Shown here piece after piece: positions 9,987-20,331 of a stretch of 64,000 bases of DNA. Made by a program: the position numbers and the translations under genes. Source of the stretch: Pseudomonadota bacterium (GTDB lineage Bacteria > Pseudomonadota > Alphaproteobacteria > RF32 > CAG-239); assembly GCA_918234285.1 (NCBI GenBank), contig CAKJXZ020000012.1:1-64000 (forward strand). Direction: 5' to 3'. Below the pieces are notes generated by a model that was not told the DNA's origin, made no database searches, and was given only the letters and a program-made list of their open reading frames with translations. The first letter of the stretch is position 1, and each line of letters begins with the position of its first letter.

Positions 9987-12347
9987 ATGACCGAATATAT
10001 CATGCGCGGGGATGAACCGATTACCGAAATCACCGATTGGGATACCCGAAATCGATATTTGAAACAGGCCAAAGAACTGTATCAAAGTGGCGAGGCATAC
10101 GATATGACATTTTTGCCGATTGCCGAAGGTTTTAACGATATACTTTATCCGTTGGTGCAAAGCGATGATGATCGGAAGAGCGAAGATGATACGAAGGCAT
10201 ATTCGTACATAATACAAAAGTCTTTGGAAGAAACCTTCAAACGAGGTAACCCGCAGCATGATAGTGATTTAATTATTACCATGTCGATTGACGATGTAAA
10301 TGATCGTCATAAAGCCAACGTTGATGAGTGGAGGGCGCTTACTCTGCGGGCTATACAAGAGCAAATGCACAGAGATCCGGAGTGGTTCGGTAAGCTGACT
10401 CCGGCGGCGCAGTTGACGGCAATCGGTTTGGAAATGCACAGAATATCTCGCGGCTCGACTCCGAGTTTACAATATGAAGAAGGTTTAAAGCTTGATTTTG
10501 CCGATACTCCGGAACATACCTATTCTTCCGATTTGGAGCAGGCAGCAAATATGATATTGCCGAAGGCTTATAACAGCTATCGTGAAGTTGTTCGTCCGGT
10601 AGAAGATTCTCAACTTAAATGGGAGGTTAAAGCGGCAGCATTGGAAGCACAGCTGAAATCACACAGTAGCAGAGGAAAGATTCCGTCATTACCGGTGTTT
10701 GTTGATTTGCTGAAAACCGCCGAAAAACCTGCACAACAGCTCAAACTGGCTGAACTCGTCAAAGAGCCGGATTTTAAGGAAAGTATGCGTTATGACGGTT
10801 TCAGAAATGAATTAAGACAAAGTTTTAAAGATATAGCTCCTTGTGGCGAGGCAACGCAAAAGCTGTTTTATGAAGTGCTGTATAATTTTGATTTGCGCGG
10901 AATTAATGAGCCGAAGTTACAATTAACTGACATCAACTTCGGTACATTACAGGCGGCAGTGGCAGAGTGTAAAGCCCAGCGTATTGTTGATGAGGTAAAC
11001 AATCAGGCAGATATAAATCATAAAGAGATAACCAAACTAGATAAAAAATTAAAAACCGAAAGACTTTCCAAGCAGGAAAAAGAATTTATGGAGAAGCAAA
11101 TTGATGATTTGCGGAAAAAGAATATTATAACCGGTATTCCGGATATTGAATTGGTAGCCAAATATCGACCGGAATTTTTGGAACAGCCTGCCAAAATGAC
11201 ACCGGATTTGTGTGCGCAGATTGTTAATAAATACGGCGATAAACTTTCGGCGCAAACTCAGCTTGAGATGATGACCAAAGTGGTTAAGAGTATACGTTTC
11301 GGTGACGGTTATACTTTGAATAAAGATGATTTTGCCAAATTAAACCAATATATAAACCGAGCGCAAAAACTGAATACATCTTCACGGGCAATGAAAAAGT
11401 TTGTTGAAACGGTGCGCCCGATTGTGGAATTTACTCAAAGACAGTATGATGCAGACAGTAAGTTTTTGGTTGATGCCATGCGCGTAAATGCGGAACACGA
11501 GGCTGCCCAAAAACGCATGGATTTGTTTGATGAGGCGCGTATAAGATATTGTGAAATGGATGAGTTGCAAGGCAAAATCAAAAGAGTGCGTGACGGTCTT
11601 AAACTGGAAAATCCGAGTGATGAAACTCTGGCTCGATTTATGAAAGACGGACTTGCCGGTAATAAGGTCGGGTTAACTTATGAGCCGAAGAAAGTGTTGG
11701 GTTTGTTTACGCGCGATAAGGAAGGACAAGCGGGTTTGGCAGATTTAGTCAACAATTTAAACGATAAAATGCAAAGAGCGCAAACGGAAAGCTCTGCCGG
11801 ATATTTAACAAAAGTTGCCGTTTCTCAAGATGAATACCTGAGTCAAAGAAAAGAAAAAGATGCCGAAAAGGACGAGATAGCGAGAGCTATTGATGATAAA
11901 GGATATCGCTATACCTCCGGCGCGAGCAATCGGGTGGCATGGTTTGAAAGCAACAACCTTCCGCAACAGTTTGAAACCTTGACTGAGCAATTTGAAAAGC
12001 GTTCAAAAGAAATGCAAGGGCGTGCGCGAACAGATTTAGCAATGCAATTCGGCGAACAGCAATTTGGAGAGCGTTCAAAAGAAATGCAAGGCCGTGCTCG
12101 CAAGCCGCTGGAAGGTTTGGTAAAAGAAGAGAAGATGGCGCAAGACATTTATAAAGATAAAATTGCTAAATTGCGTCAGGATATTAAAAACGGCATCAAG
12201 CAAGATATGACCGAACGTGGGTTGAATGAGAAGCCGAGCCTTGATAATCCGAATGAGGTCGGTAAGCCGATGACTGCCGAAGGAACAAAGAAAATCCGTA
12301 AAAATATGAGGGATTTGAAACAGTATAAGCAACTCGTAAAAGAGTAA
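9987..12347 (+). CDS. Large alpha-helical/coiled-coil hypothetical protein
   Basis: 786-aa ORF with strong RBS, own promoter and terminator; no recognisable domain. Confidence 0.85.
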   Translation: MTEYIMRGDEPITEITDWDTRNRYLKQAKELYQSGEAYDMTFLPIAEGFNDILYPLVQSDDDRKSEDDTKAYSYIIQKSLEETFKRGNPQHDSDLIITMSIDDVNDRHKANVDEWRALTLRAIQEQMHRDPEWFGKLTPAAQLTAIGLEMHRISRGSTPSLQYEEGLKLDFADTPEHTYSSDLEQAANMILPKAYNSYREVVRPVEDSQLKWEVKAAALEAQLKSHSSRGKIPSLPVFVDLLKTAEKPAQQLKLAELVKEPDFKESMRYDGFRNELRQSFKDIAPCGEATQKLFYEVLYNFDLRGINEPKLQLTDINFGTLQAAVAECKAQRIVDEVNNQADINHKEITKLDKKLKTERLSKQEKEFMEKQIDDLRKKNIITGIPDIELVAKYRPEFLEQPAKMTPDLCAQIVNKYGDKLSAQTQLEMMTKVVKSIRFGDGYTLNKDDFAKLNQYINRAQKLNTSSRAMKKFVETVRPIVEFTQRQYDADSKFLVDAMRVNAEHEAAQKRMDLFDEARIRYCEMDELQGKIKRVRDGLKLENPSDETLARFMKDGLAGNKVGLTYEPKKVLGLFTRDKEGQAGLADLVNNLNDKMQRAQTESSAGYLTKVAVSQDEYLSQRKEKDAEKDEIARAIDDKGYRYTSGASNRVAWFESNNLPQQFETLTEQFEKRSKEMQGRARTDLAMQFGEQQFGERSKEMQGRARKPLEGLVKEEKMAQDIYKDKIAKLRQDIKNGIKQDMTERGLNEKPSLDNPNEVGKPMTAEGTKKIRKNMRDLKQYKQLVKE

Positions 12348-12362
12348 GCGATATTCAGCGAC

Positions 12363-12400
12363 AACAAAAACGCTTCGATAATATCGAAGCGTTTTTGTTT
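12363..12400. terminator. Bidirectional terminator between convergent genes
   Basis: aacaaaaacgcttcgata/tatcgaagcgtttttgtt near-perfect palindrome. Confidence 0.85.
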
Positions 12401-12415
12401 GAGCTTGTACTTAAA

Positions 12416-13282
12416 TTATAAGCCCCAAGAACCGCCGTACGAGCCCTGAACACCGATGATGGTGCTGCTGCCGTACTTGCCGGAGCCGCGGTCTTTGGCG
12501 CGGAAGTATTGAATATACGGACCCATTTGCAGGCCGTTGTAAATATCAACCATCATATCCGCTTTGTTGTTCCATTCATAATCGAAATCACGCGGATTAT
12601 ATTTGCTGTATTCAAAGTAATCGCGGAAATAAGACGTAAAGTTGAAGCTGATACCTTCGCGCAACGGATAGGTCGCGTCTATACCGATTTCGTAAGCCCA
12701 TTTTCTGGTTTTATCGTGCTTGTACGTAAAATCGTATTCACCGACCAGACCGGCATAAAGATTTTTAATAACCGGACCGTCAAACATTTTCAAACCGGCC
12801 ATACCGCGGATGATTTTGGTGCGCGGTGCGTCATCGTTAGGGTCAAATTCGGTCTGATAAGCGCCCTGTACAAACGGACCGACATCGGCATCCCAATAAC
12901 GCCATACCTTCATGGCATAGTCGGTCGAGAGCAAGATTTTATCGGCAGTTTCGTTTTCAATCGCCGGACCGTCATCCTGATGTACTTTGGTTTTGCCGTA
13001 CTCCATAAAAATGTTATTATCCCACTTATAGGCAGCTTGTTGATTAATCAAAGAAAAATCAAAAATTCCTTTTACCAGGCTTTCGCTGTTGCCGCTCAAT
13101 TCGGCATTCGGTGAATCTCTGTATTCTTCAGAGTTTTTAATTTTGGTTGAAGAAAGTTCCAAACCGGCTTTTTTCAGCTCGGCAATCCAACCGTATTGCT
13201 GATAATCGGCGGCTTGGGCGTTGCGTGCGGCCGCTACCAGAACCAGCGCCGGCAACAACAATAAACTTAATCTGTTTGTCAT
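12416..13282 (-). CDS. Putative outer-membrane beta-barrel protein (DUF3078/DUF481-like)
   Basis: Signal peptide ending AQA, alternating aromatic beta-strands, WDNNIFMEYGK and DKILLSTDY segments. Confidence 0.7.
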   Translation of the reverse strand: MTNRLSLLLLPALVLVAAARNAQAADYQQYGWIAELKKAGLELSSTKIKNSEEYRDSPNAELSGNSESLVKGIFDFSLINQQAAYKWDNNIFMEYGKTKVHQDDGPAIENETADKILLSTDYAMKVWRYWDADVGPFVQGAYQTEFDPNDDAPRTKIIRGMAGLKMFDGPVIKNLYAGLVGEYDFTYKHDKTRKWAYEIGIDATYPLREGISFNFTSYFRDYFEYSKYNPRDFDYEWNNKADMMVDIYNGLQMGPYIQYFRAKDRGSGKYGSSTIIGVQGSYGGSWGL

Positions 13283-13367
13283 GATATAGTCCTTATTAAC
13301 AAGTTCATACTGCCCACAGACTAGAACAATTTGATTAAAAAAAGGTTTAAAACCGTTGTAATAATGC

Positions 13368-13396
13368 TTGACAAGCCGATTTTTTTATATTATAAA
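13368..13396 (+). promoter_or_regulatory. Promoter of the ffh operon
   Basis: TTGACA-N17-TATAAA. Confidence 0.75.
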
Positions 13397-13458
13397 ACCC
13401 TCGAATTTAGAGTATTTTTACCCACATAAGTTCGTAAAAAGGTAAGCTCTGAGGAGTC

Positions 13459-13488
13459 CGTCAGTCAGCGAGGGTTCGCACACTGACG
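13459..13488 (+). promoter_or_regulatory. ffh leader RNA motif (alphaproteobacterial)
   Basis: Stem CGTCAGT/ACTGACG enclosing GCGA-GGGT-TCGC in the ffh 5' UTR; resembles the described ffh motif (CGAGGG core). Confidence 0.6.
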
Positions 13489-13517
13489 TTAATCTGTTTA
13501 TGTAAAAGGATAAAACT

Positions 13518-14900
13518 TTGTTTGAGAGTTTGACAGATAAGCTGAGTCAGGCATTTTCGAAAATCACCTCCCGCGGGGTGCTGACCGAAAAGGATATTGA
13601 CGATGCCATGCGTGAAATTCGTATTGCCCTGCTGGAAGCCGATGTTTCGCTGCCGGTAGTGAAAAGTTTTATCGCAAACGTCAAAACCGAGGCTTTGGGC
13701 GAAAAGGTGGTAAAGTCGGTTAAACCGGGGCAGATGGTGGTTAAAATCGTTCACGACGAACTGGTTAAACTGCTCGGCTCGGAGTCAACCGAACTCAACT
13801 TTAACGCTCCGGCGCCTGTTTGTATGCTGCTCGTCGGCTTGCAGGGTTCGGGTAAAACCACCACGGCGGCCAAAATCGCCAAACGCTTAAAGAAAAACAA
13901 GCGCATTTTGCTGGCTTCGCTCGATGTTTATCGTCCGGCGGCGCAAGAGCAACTGGCGCAGCTCGGAAAACAGATTGAAGTTGATGTGTTGCCGATTGTG
14001 GCGGGGCAAAAACCGCTGGAAATTACCAAGCGCGCTTTGCAAGAGGCTAAAACCGGTGTTTATGATTTGCTGATTCTGGATACGGCCGGTCGTTTGCAGA
14101 TAGATGAAACTCTGATGAACGAGGTGGTTGAGGTTAAAAAACTGGCTCAGCCGACTGAAACGCTGTTGGTTGCCGATGCTTTAATCGGTCAGGAAGCCTG
14201 CAACGTAGCCAAAGAGTTTAACGATAAGGTCGGTATTACCGGTTTGGTTTTGACGCGTATCGACGGTACATCTCGTGCCGGTGCTGCCCTTTCAATGAAA
14301 ATGGTGTCGGGCGCACCGCTTAAGTTTTTGGGTACCGGCGAAAAGCTCGATGAAATTGAGGAATTTCACGCCGACCGCATAGCCGGACGTATTTTGGGGC
14401 AGGGCGATGTGGTCTCTTTGGTGGAAAAAGCCATTGAAAACGTTGACCACGCCGAAGCCGAGAAAATGGCGGGTAAAATGATGAACGGCGCATTTGATTT
14501 GAACGATATGCTTAATCAAATGCGGCAAATGCAGAAAATCGGCAGTATCGGGAGCATTTTAGGGATGATTCCGGGGCTGGCGAAATTTAAATCACAGATT
14601 GAAGATTCCGGAGTGTGCGACAATCTGATGAAAAAACAGGAAGCGATTATTCTTTCCATGACCAAAGAAGAACGTTCGCATCCAAATATCATAAAGGCTT
14701 CTCGCAAGAGAAGAATCGCACTCGGCTCCGGAGTTGAGGTTCATGATGTCAACGTTTTGCTCAAATCGTATGAGCAAATGGCCGGCATGATGAAAAAGAT
14801 GGGCAAGTTCGGCGGTTTGTCGGCAATGTCTAAATTGATGAAGAACTCTCCGTTCGGCTCGATGATGCCGACCGGAATGAATAAACGGTTTCCGTTTTAA
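13518..14900 (+). CDS. ffh: Signal recognition particle protein Ffh
   Basis: ALLEADV, GLQGSGKTT, DTAGR and M domain; TTG start with AAGGA RBS. Confidence 0.98.
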   Translation: MFESLTDKLSQAFSKITSRGVLTEKDIDDAMREIRIALLEADVSLPVVKSFIANVKTEALGEKVVKSVKPGQMVVKIVHDELVKLLGSESTELNFNAPAPVCMLLVGLQGSGKTTTAAKIAKRLKKNKRILLASLDVYRPAAQEQLAQLGKQIEVDVLPIVAGQKPLEITKRALQEAKTGVYDLLILDTAGRLQIDETLMNEVVEVKKLAQPTETLLVADALIGQEACNVAKEFNDKVGITGLVLTRIDGTSRAGAALSMKMVSGAPLKFLGTGEKLDEIEEFHADRIAGRILGQGDVVSLVEKAIENVDHAEAEKMAGKMMNGAFDLNDMLNQMRQMQKIGSIGSILGMIPGLAKFKSQIEDSGVCDNLMKKQEAIILSMTKEERSHPNIIKASRKRRIALGSGVEVHDVNVLLKSYEQMAGMMKKMGKFGGLSAMSKLMKNSPFGSMMPTGMNKRFPF

Positions 14901-14926
14901 GTAATTAACGAAAGGAAAAAACAAAA

Positions 14927-15331
14927 ATGACAGTACGTATCAGACTATCTCGCGGTGGTTCCAAAAAACGTCCTTATTATCACATTGTTGCGGCTGATCA
15001 AAGAGCGCCGCGTGACGGTCGTTATATCGAAAAACTGGGTGCATACAATCCGTTGTTGCCTCAAGATCATAAAGATCGTTTGGTTTTGGATACCGAAAAA
15101 GTTTCCGCATGGCTTTCCAAAGGTGCTCAACCGACCGAAAGATTGCAGAAATTGTTTGCTAACTTAGGTTTGTGCGCCGCTCCGAAAATCGGCAATCAAC
15201 CGAAGAAATCTGCACCTAAAGCTAAAGCTTTGGAGAGAATTAAAGAAAAAGAAGCAAAAGCTCAAGCCGCTGCCGAAGCCGCTGCTGCCGCTAATGCTGC
15301 TCCGGCTGAAGAAACTTCTTCTGCCGAATAA
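14927..15331 (+). CDS. rpsP: 30S ribosomal protein S16
   Basis: [26 protein letters not shown]; Ala-rich C-terminal extension. Confidence 0.98.
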   Translation: MTVRIRLSRGGSKKRPYYHIVAADQRAPRDGRYIEKLGAYNPLLPQDHKDRLVLDTEKVSAWLSKGAQPTERLQKLFANLGLCAAPKIGNQPKKSAPKAKALERIKEKEAKAQAAAEAAAAANAAPAEETSSAE

Positions 15332-15385
15332 TTTTCGGTTAAATAATTAAGAGAGTTATTTTGAGTCTGTAAGAAAGGCTTTGTT

Positions 15386-15928
15386 ATGGAAAAAAGAGTT
15401 TGCATCGGTAAAATCGTAGCTGCACACGGTATTAAGGGCGAAGTTAAAGTTCGCAGCAACAACCAAAATCCGTTGGATTTGGACAGATACGGTGCGGTTG
15501 AAAATGCCGACGGCAGCAAAAAATTTTCCATCAAAGTTGTGGGACTGGTTTCAACCAATGCACGAGTGAAGATTGCGGGCGTAACCACGCGTAACGACGC
15601 GGAAGCGCTTATCGGAACCGAGCTTTATGTGCCGCGTTCGGCGTTGCCGGAATTGGATGAGGAGGAGTTTTATCTGTCGGATTTAATCGGACTTGATGTC
15701 TGCTTGAAAACGCCGGATAAAAAAATCGGTAAAGTTGCCGCGTTTCAAAATTTCGGCGCCGGCGATATTATCGAAATCAAACTCAAAGGGCAGAAAGAAA
15801 CGGAAATGTTGCCGTTTACCAAAGCCTATGTTCCGACCATTAATATTGACGAAGGGTACATCATCGTATCCAGCGCAACCATGATTTTTGCAACAGATGA
15901 CGAGGGCGATAATGGTGCTGAAAGCTAA
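15386..15928 (+). CDS. rimM: Ribosome maturation factor RimM
   Basis: GKIVAAHGIKGEVK, EFY..DLIG, NFGAGD; operon context. Confidence 0.97.
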   Translation: MEKRVCIGKIVAAHGIKGEVKVRSNNQNPLDLDRYGAVENADGSKKFSIKVVGLVSTNARVKIAGVTTRNDAEALIGTELYVPRSALPELDEEEFYLSDLIGLDVCLKTPDKKIGKVAAFQNFGAGDIIEIKLKGQKETEMLPFTKAYVPTINIDEGYIIVSSATMIFATDDEGDNGAES

Positions 15929-16601
15929 AATATTGACCATATTTCCCGAGATTTTTCCGGGCTTTCTCGGTACATCTTTGACCGGTAAGGCATTGGAAGA
16001 CGGGATTTGGCAGTTGGAAGCAATCAACATTCGCGATTATGCGTTTGATAAGCACGGTTCGGTGGATGATACGCCTTGCGGCGGCGGTGCCGGAATGATT
16101 ATGCGCCCTGATGTTTTGGGTGCGGCAATCGAACATAATCACACCGGTGGCAAAATCATTTATATGAGCCCGAAGGGTATGCCGCTGACGCAAGCTAAAG
16201 TGCATGAGTTGAGCAAAGAAGAAAACCTGACGATTATCTGCGGCCGGTTTGAGGGAATAGATGAGCGCGTGCTTGAGGAGTACTCGATTGAGGAAATCAG
16301 CATCGGCGACTATATCTTAACCGGCGGAGAGCAGGCGGCAATGATTATGCTTGATGCGGTGGTGCGTCTGTTACCGGGAGTTCTCGGCAATGCGCAATCT
16401 ACCGAAAACGAAAGTTTTGAGCAAAATTTGCTGGAATATCCGCAATATACGCGGCCGATTGAATGGAAAGGACGCAAAGTGCCGGATATTTTAATGAGCG
16501 GTCACCACGAAAATATTGCCAAATGGCAAAGACAACAGGCTCTTCAAATAACTAAAAATCGACGCCCCGATTTATTGGAAAAAATGCTTGATTCCGAATA
16601 A
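15912..16601 (+). CDS. trmD: tRNA (guanine-N1)-methyltransferase TrmD
   Basis: VDDTPCGGGAGM, CGRFEGIDER, SIGDYILTGGE, LLEYPQYTRP. Confidence 0.98.
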   Translation: MVLKAKILTIFPEIFPGFLGTSLTGKALEDGIWQLEAINIRDYAFDKHGSVDDTPCGGGAGMIMRPDVLGAAIEHNHTGGKIIYMSPKGMPLTQAKVHELSKEENLTIICGRFEGIDERVLEEYSIEEISIGDYILTGGEQAAMIMLDAVVRLLPGVLGNAQSTENESFEQNLLEYPQYTRPIEWKGRKVPDILMSGHHENIAKWQRQQALQITKNRRPDLLEKMLDSE

Positions 16602-16647
16602 AATGTGGTGTATAGGAATAACAAATTAACTTGAAAAGGTAATAAAA

Positions 16648-17043
16648 ATGAACATTATCGAAAACATTGAAAAAGAGCAAATTGAAAAGCTGATGGAAGG
16701 CAAAAATATGCCGACCTTTAAGCCGGGTGATACTTTGCGTGTTCACACCAAGGTTAAAGAAGGCGACAGAGAACGTATTCAAATTTATGAAGGCGTTTGC
16801 ATTGCTCGCAAAAATGACGGCTTAAATTCATCTTTCACCGTTCGCAAAATTTCTTTCGGCGAGGGTGTGGAGCGTGTATTTCCGCTGTATTCTCCGAATG
16901 TGGCAAAAATCGAAGTATCCCGCGTAGGTAAAGTACGCCGCGCCAAATTGTACTTCTTGCGTGCTTTGCGCGGTCGTTCGGCTCGTATTGCCGACGATTT
17001 GTCCGTATCGGTTAAAGAAGTTAACAATCCGGGCAGCAAATAA
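16648..17043 (+). CDS. rplS: 50S ribosomal protein L19
   Basis: [29 protein letters not shown]. Confidence 0.98.
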   Translation: MNIIENIEKEQIEKLMEGKNMPTFKPGDTLRVHTKVKEGDRERIQIYEGVCIARKNDGLNSSFTVRKISFGEGVERVFPLYSPNVAKIEVSRVGKVRRAKLYFLRALRGRSARIADDLSVSVKEVNNPGSK

Positions 17044-17065
17044 TTTTTGCTTTAATACATTGAAT

Positions 17066-17100
17066 AAAAGGAGCGTGAGCGGTTTGCAGCGCTCCTTTTT
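17066..17100 (+). terminator. Intrinsic terminator after rplS
   Basis: aaaaggagcg...cgctcctttt. Confidence 0.8.
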
Positions 17101-17231
17101 GCTTATGGACTTTATAAAAAATACTCTTGCATCAAACATAAAAACTTCTGCATAATTAAAAAAAACAGTTGTGCTATGATTGCGTAACCTATTAAAATAA
17201 CGCATAAAGTCAACTTTAAGAGGAAAAATAT

Positions 17232-18998
17232 ATGTATGAAATTCTGCAAACCGTCAGCTCTCCGGCCGATGTGAAAAAGTTAAATATCGAACAATTAAAA
17301 ACGTTGGCAGAGGAAATCCGCGCGGCCATCTTAAATCGTGACAGTGCCATCGGCGGACACGTCGGGCCTAATCTGGGGATTGCGGAAGCGGCGATTGCCT
17401 TGCACTATGTGTTTGATTCTCCAAAGGATAAAATTGTTTGGGATGTGTCGCACCAATGCTATCCGCATAAGCTTTTGACCGGCAGAAAAGACGGTTTTAT
17501 TACCGACGAGGGGATGAAGAAGATTTCCGGTTATACCAATCAGGACGAGAGCGAGCACGATTTCTTTAAGGTCGGCCATACCTCGACTTCCGTTAGTTTG
17601 GCTTGCGGGTTGGCCAAGGCGCGTGATTTGCGGGGCGAAAAGCATAACATTATCGCGGTTCTCGGCGACGGTTCTCTCTCCGGCGGCGAAGCTTTGGAAG
17701 GATTGAGCAACGCGGCGGTACTCGGCTCAAACATCATCGTTATTTTGAACGACAACGAAAGGTCTATTGCCGAAAATCACGGCGGTTTATACACCAATCT
17801 GCGCCTTTTGCGCAAAACGGATGGTAAGGCCGAATGCAATATGTTTAAGGCACTCGGTTTTGATTATCGCTACGTTGCCGACGGTAATTCGATTGAGGCT
17901 ATGATTGCGGCGCTGTCTGAGCTGAAAGATACGGATAAACCGACGCTTTTGCATATTCATACTTTAAAAGGCAAAGGCTATAAGCCGGCGGAAGAAGATA
18001 AAGAAACCTGGCATTGGAACGTGCCGTTTAATCTGGCAGACGGCAGCCCGAAATGGGATATGTCGGGCGAAAATATCAATGATTTGACCTATGATTATTT
18101 CTTGAAAAAAATTGAAAAGGATAACACGATTGTTCTGGTTAATGCCGGCACTCCGGGCGTTTTCGGCTTAAACGAAGAAAGACGTAAGGTGTTGGGTGAA
18201 CATTTTGTTGATGTCGGTATTGCCGAAGAACATGCGGTTGCCTTTACATCGGCGCTGGCCAAAGGCGGAGCCAAACCGATTTATTTGGTGATGAGTTCGT
18301 TTATTCAGCGCACCTACGATCAGCTTTCGCAAGATTTGGCCTTAAACAAAAATCCGGCGGTTATTTTGGTGGCGTGGGGCGGAATTTCCGGTGCCGATAT
18401 GACACACTTGTGTTCGTTTGATATATCCATGACAAGCAATATCCCGAACTTGGTATATCTGGCTCCGACTACGGCGGAAGAATATATGGCGATGCTTGAT
18501 TGGGCGGTTGAGCAAAATAAGCATCCAGTAATTATTCGCCAGCCCAAGGAAGTTACTCACGCTTTTGCTCCGGTTGATGCCGATTACGGCGAAATCAATC
18601 TGTATCAGGTTGCAAAGCGCGGCAGTAAGGTGGCGATTATCGCTGCCGGTAGCTTTTTCAATTTGGGTAAAATCGTCGCCGAGGAGCTGGAAACCAAACA
18701 TGATATAAATCCTACTTTAATCAACCCGCGTTATTTAACCGGAGTGGACGAGCTTTGTCTGGAAGTGTTGAAAGCCGAGCATCAGCTGGTCATAACTTTG
18801 GAAGACGGCGAACTCAACGGCGGTTTCGGCGAAAAAATCGCCCGCTTTTACGGTGCAAGCGATATGAAGGTATTGAACTACGGCTCGTTTAAGGAATTTA
18901 CCGACCGTGCTGACGTGCAAGAACTTTATGAGCGTTATCATCTGACGCCGGAACTGATTATCAGGGACATAATGAAAGTACTGCCAAGGGAAAAATAA
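17232..18998 (+). CDS. dxs: 1-deoxy-D-xylulose-5-phosphate synthase (short, Firmicutes-like form)
   Basis: GGHVGPNLG, WDVSHQCYPHK, GDGSLSGG...NDN TPP motif, DVGIAEEH. Confidence 0.92.
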   Translation: MYEILQTVSSPADVKKLNIEQLKTLAEEIRAAILNRDSAIGGHVGPNLGIAEAAIALHYVFDSPKDKIVWDVSHQCYPHKLLTGRKDGFITDEGMKKISGYTNQDESEHDFFKVGHTSTSVSLACGLAKARDLRGEKHNIIAVLGDGSLSGGEALEGLSNAAVLGSNIIVILNDNERSIAENHGGLYTNLRLLRKTDGKAECNMFKALGFDYRYVADGNSIEAMIAALSELKDTDKPTLLHIHTLKGKGYKPAEEDKETWHWNVPFNLADGSPKWDMSGENINDLTYDYFLKKIEKDNTIVLVNAGTPGVFGLNEERRKVLGEHFVDVGIAEEHAVAFTSALAKGGAKPIYLVMSSFIQRTYDQLSQDLALNKNPAVILVAWGGISGADMTHLCSFDISMTSNIPNLVYLAPTTAEEYMAMLDWAVEQNKHPVIIRQPKEVTHAFAPVDADYGEINLYQVAKRGSKVAIIAAGSFFNLGKIVAEELETKHDINPTLINPRYLTGVDELCLEVLKAEHQLVITLEDGELNGGFGEKIARFYGASDMKVLNYGSFKEFTDRADVQELYERYHLTPELIIRDIMKVLPREK

Positions 18999-18999
18999 A

Positions 19000-19560
19000 A
19001 TGAAGAAGATATTATCTTTATTTGCGATTATTTTAACGATGTTAACAATTTCCGGCGCCAAAGCCGAGGAGGGGGATGTGACGGCAAAAAAAATATTGGT
19101 GGCATATTTCAGCGCCACCGGAACAACCGCACAAGTGGCGGAGAAACTGGCGGCCGTTACCGCCGGCGACTTGTTTGAAATCAAACCGGAACAACCGTAT
19201 ACCGCTGCCGATTTGAATTGGCGAAACGATAAAAGCCGCAGTTCGGTGGAAATGGCAGACCGCACCTCACGGCCGGCAATAGTCTCAAAAGTGGCGGATA
19301 TGAGCCGCTATGAGGTGGTTTTTATCGGCTTCCCGATTTGGTGGGGCCGTGAACCGTCGGTTATTGATACGTTTGCGGAAAGTTATGACTTTACGGGCAA
19401 GAAGATTATTCCGTTTGCAACTTCCGGCAGCAGTGATATCGGGGATTCGGGAGATAATCTGCAGGCACTCGCTCCGCAAGCGGTTGTTTTGCACGGCAAA
19501 CGTTTTTCCGCCGATGTTTCGGAAGCGGAGTTGCAAGCTTGGTTTGAGCAATTGCCGTGA
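19000..19560 (+). CDS. Flavodoxin-family protein with signal peptide
   Basis: LVAYFSATGTT, GFPIWW, PFATSGSS. Confidence 0.88.
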   Translation: MKKILSLFAIILTMLTISGAKAEEGDVTAKKILVAYFSATGTTAQVAEKLAAVTAGDLFEIKPEQPYTAADLNWRNDKSRSSVEMADRTSRPAIVSKVADMSRYEVVFIGFPIWWGREPSVIDTFAESYDFTGKKIIPFATSGSSDIGDSGDNLQALAPQAVVLHGKRFSADVSEAELQAWFEQLP

Positions 19561-19584
19561 ATTTTGCAGTTCGTCAGTAAATAA

Positions 19585-20268
19585 ATGACCATAGAAGAAA
19601 AAATATTTATGCGCGCCGTTGCTGATTTCGGCAAGCTGTTTGACTACGGATTTATCCGTTCCGCTACCGGTTTGGTTTATGAAAAAGAGTTTATGCACGG
19701 CGATTTTAAGGCGGTGGTGGTCGTTGATGCGCAAGGTAAAGTTTCCGGTGAAGTTTATGAAACCGACAGTACTGATGTTTATTTTCCGCTGCGGGTGGAA
19801 AGTATGTCTGCCGGCTTTGTCGGCGAAGTTCGGGCCGCATACGAACAGATTTTGCTGGATATACGCACGCATTGTTTCAATATGAATTGCTTTGTGTATC
19901 CGCAAGCCAATCGATTGACGCGGGAGATTTTTGAAAAATACGGCGATTCTCCGGAATTTCCGTGGGATAAATTTAATCGTCACGGGGTTTTTCGCAATTA
20001 CGACAGTCGTAAATGGTATGCGCTGATTCTGAGTGTGGATAAGAGTAAGCTTGATAAGAAATTATCCGGAGATATTGAGGTGGTCAATATAAAAGCGGAT
20101 GCCGATAAAATACCGGAATTGTTGGAACTTGACGGGTTTTATCCGGCATATCACATGAATAAAAAAAGCTGGATAAGCATTATGTTGGACGGCTCCGTAT
20201 CAGACGAAGTTTTATTCGCACTGCTAGCGGAGAGTCATTCCTTTGCTATACCAAAGAAAAACAGATAG
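19585..20268 (+). CDS. MmcQ/YjbR family DNA-binding protein
   Basis: KWYALI, VNIK and PAYHMNKKSWISI motifs. Confidence 0.85.
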   Translation: MTIEEKIFMRAVADFGKLFDYGFIRSATGLVYEKEFMHGDFKAVVVVDAQGKVSGEVYETDSTDVYFPLRVESMSAGFVGEVRAAYEQILLDIRTHCFNMNCFVYPQANRLTREIFEKYGDSPEFPWDKFNRHGVFRNYDSRKWYALILSVDKSKLDKKLSGDIEVVNIKADADKIPELLELDGFYPAYHMNKKSWISIMLDGSVSDEVLFALLAESHSFAIPKKNR

Positions 20269-20283
20269 CGAAAAAGTACTTAC

Positions 20284-20318
20284 AAAAAAGCCGCCTCATT
20301 TACCGAGGCGGCCGTTTA
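20284..20318. terminator. Terminator between convergent genes
   Basis: gccgcctc...gaggcggc stem with A-rich 5' flank. Confidence 0.7.
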
Positions 20319-20331
20319 TCATATCACGCGT

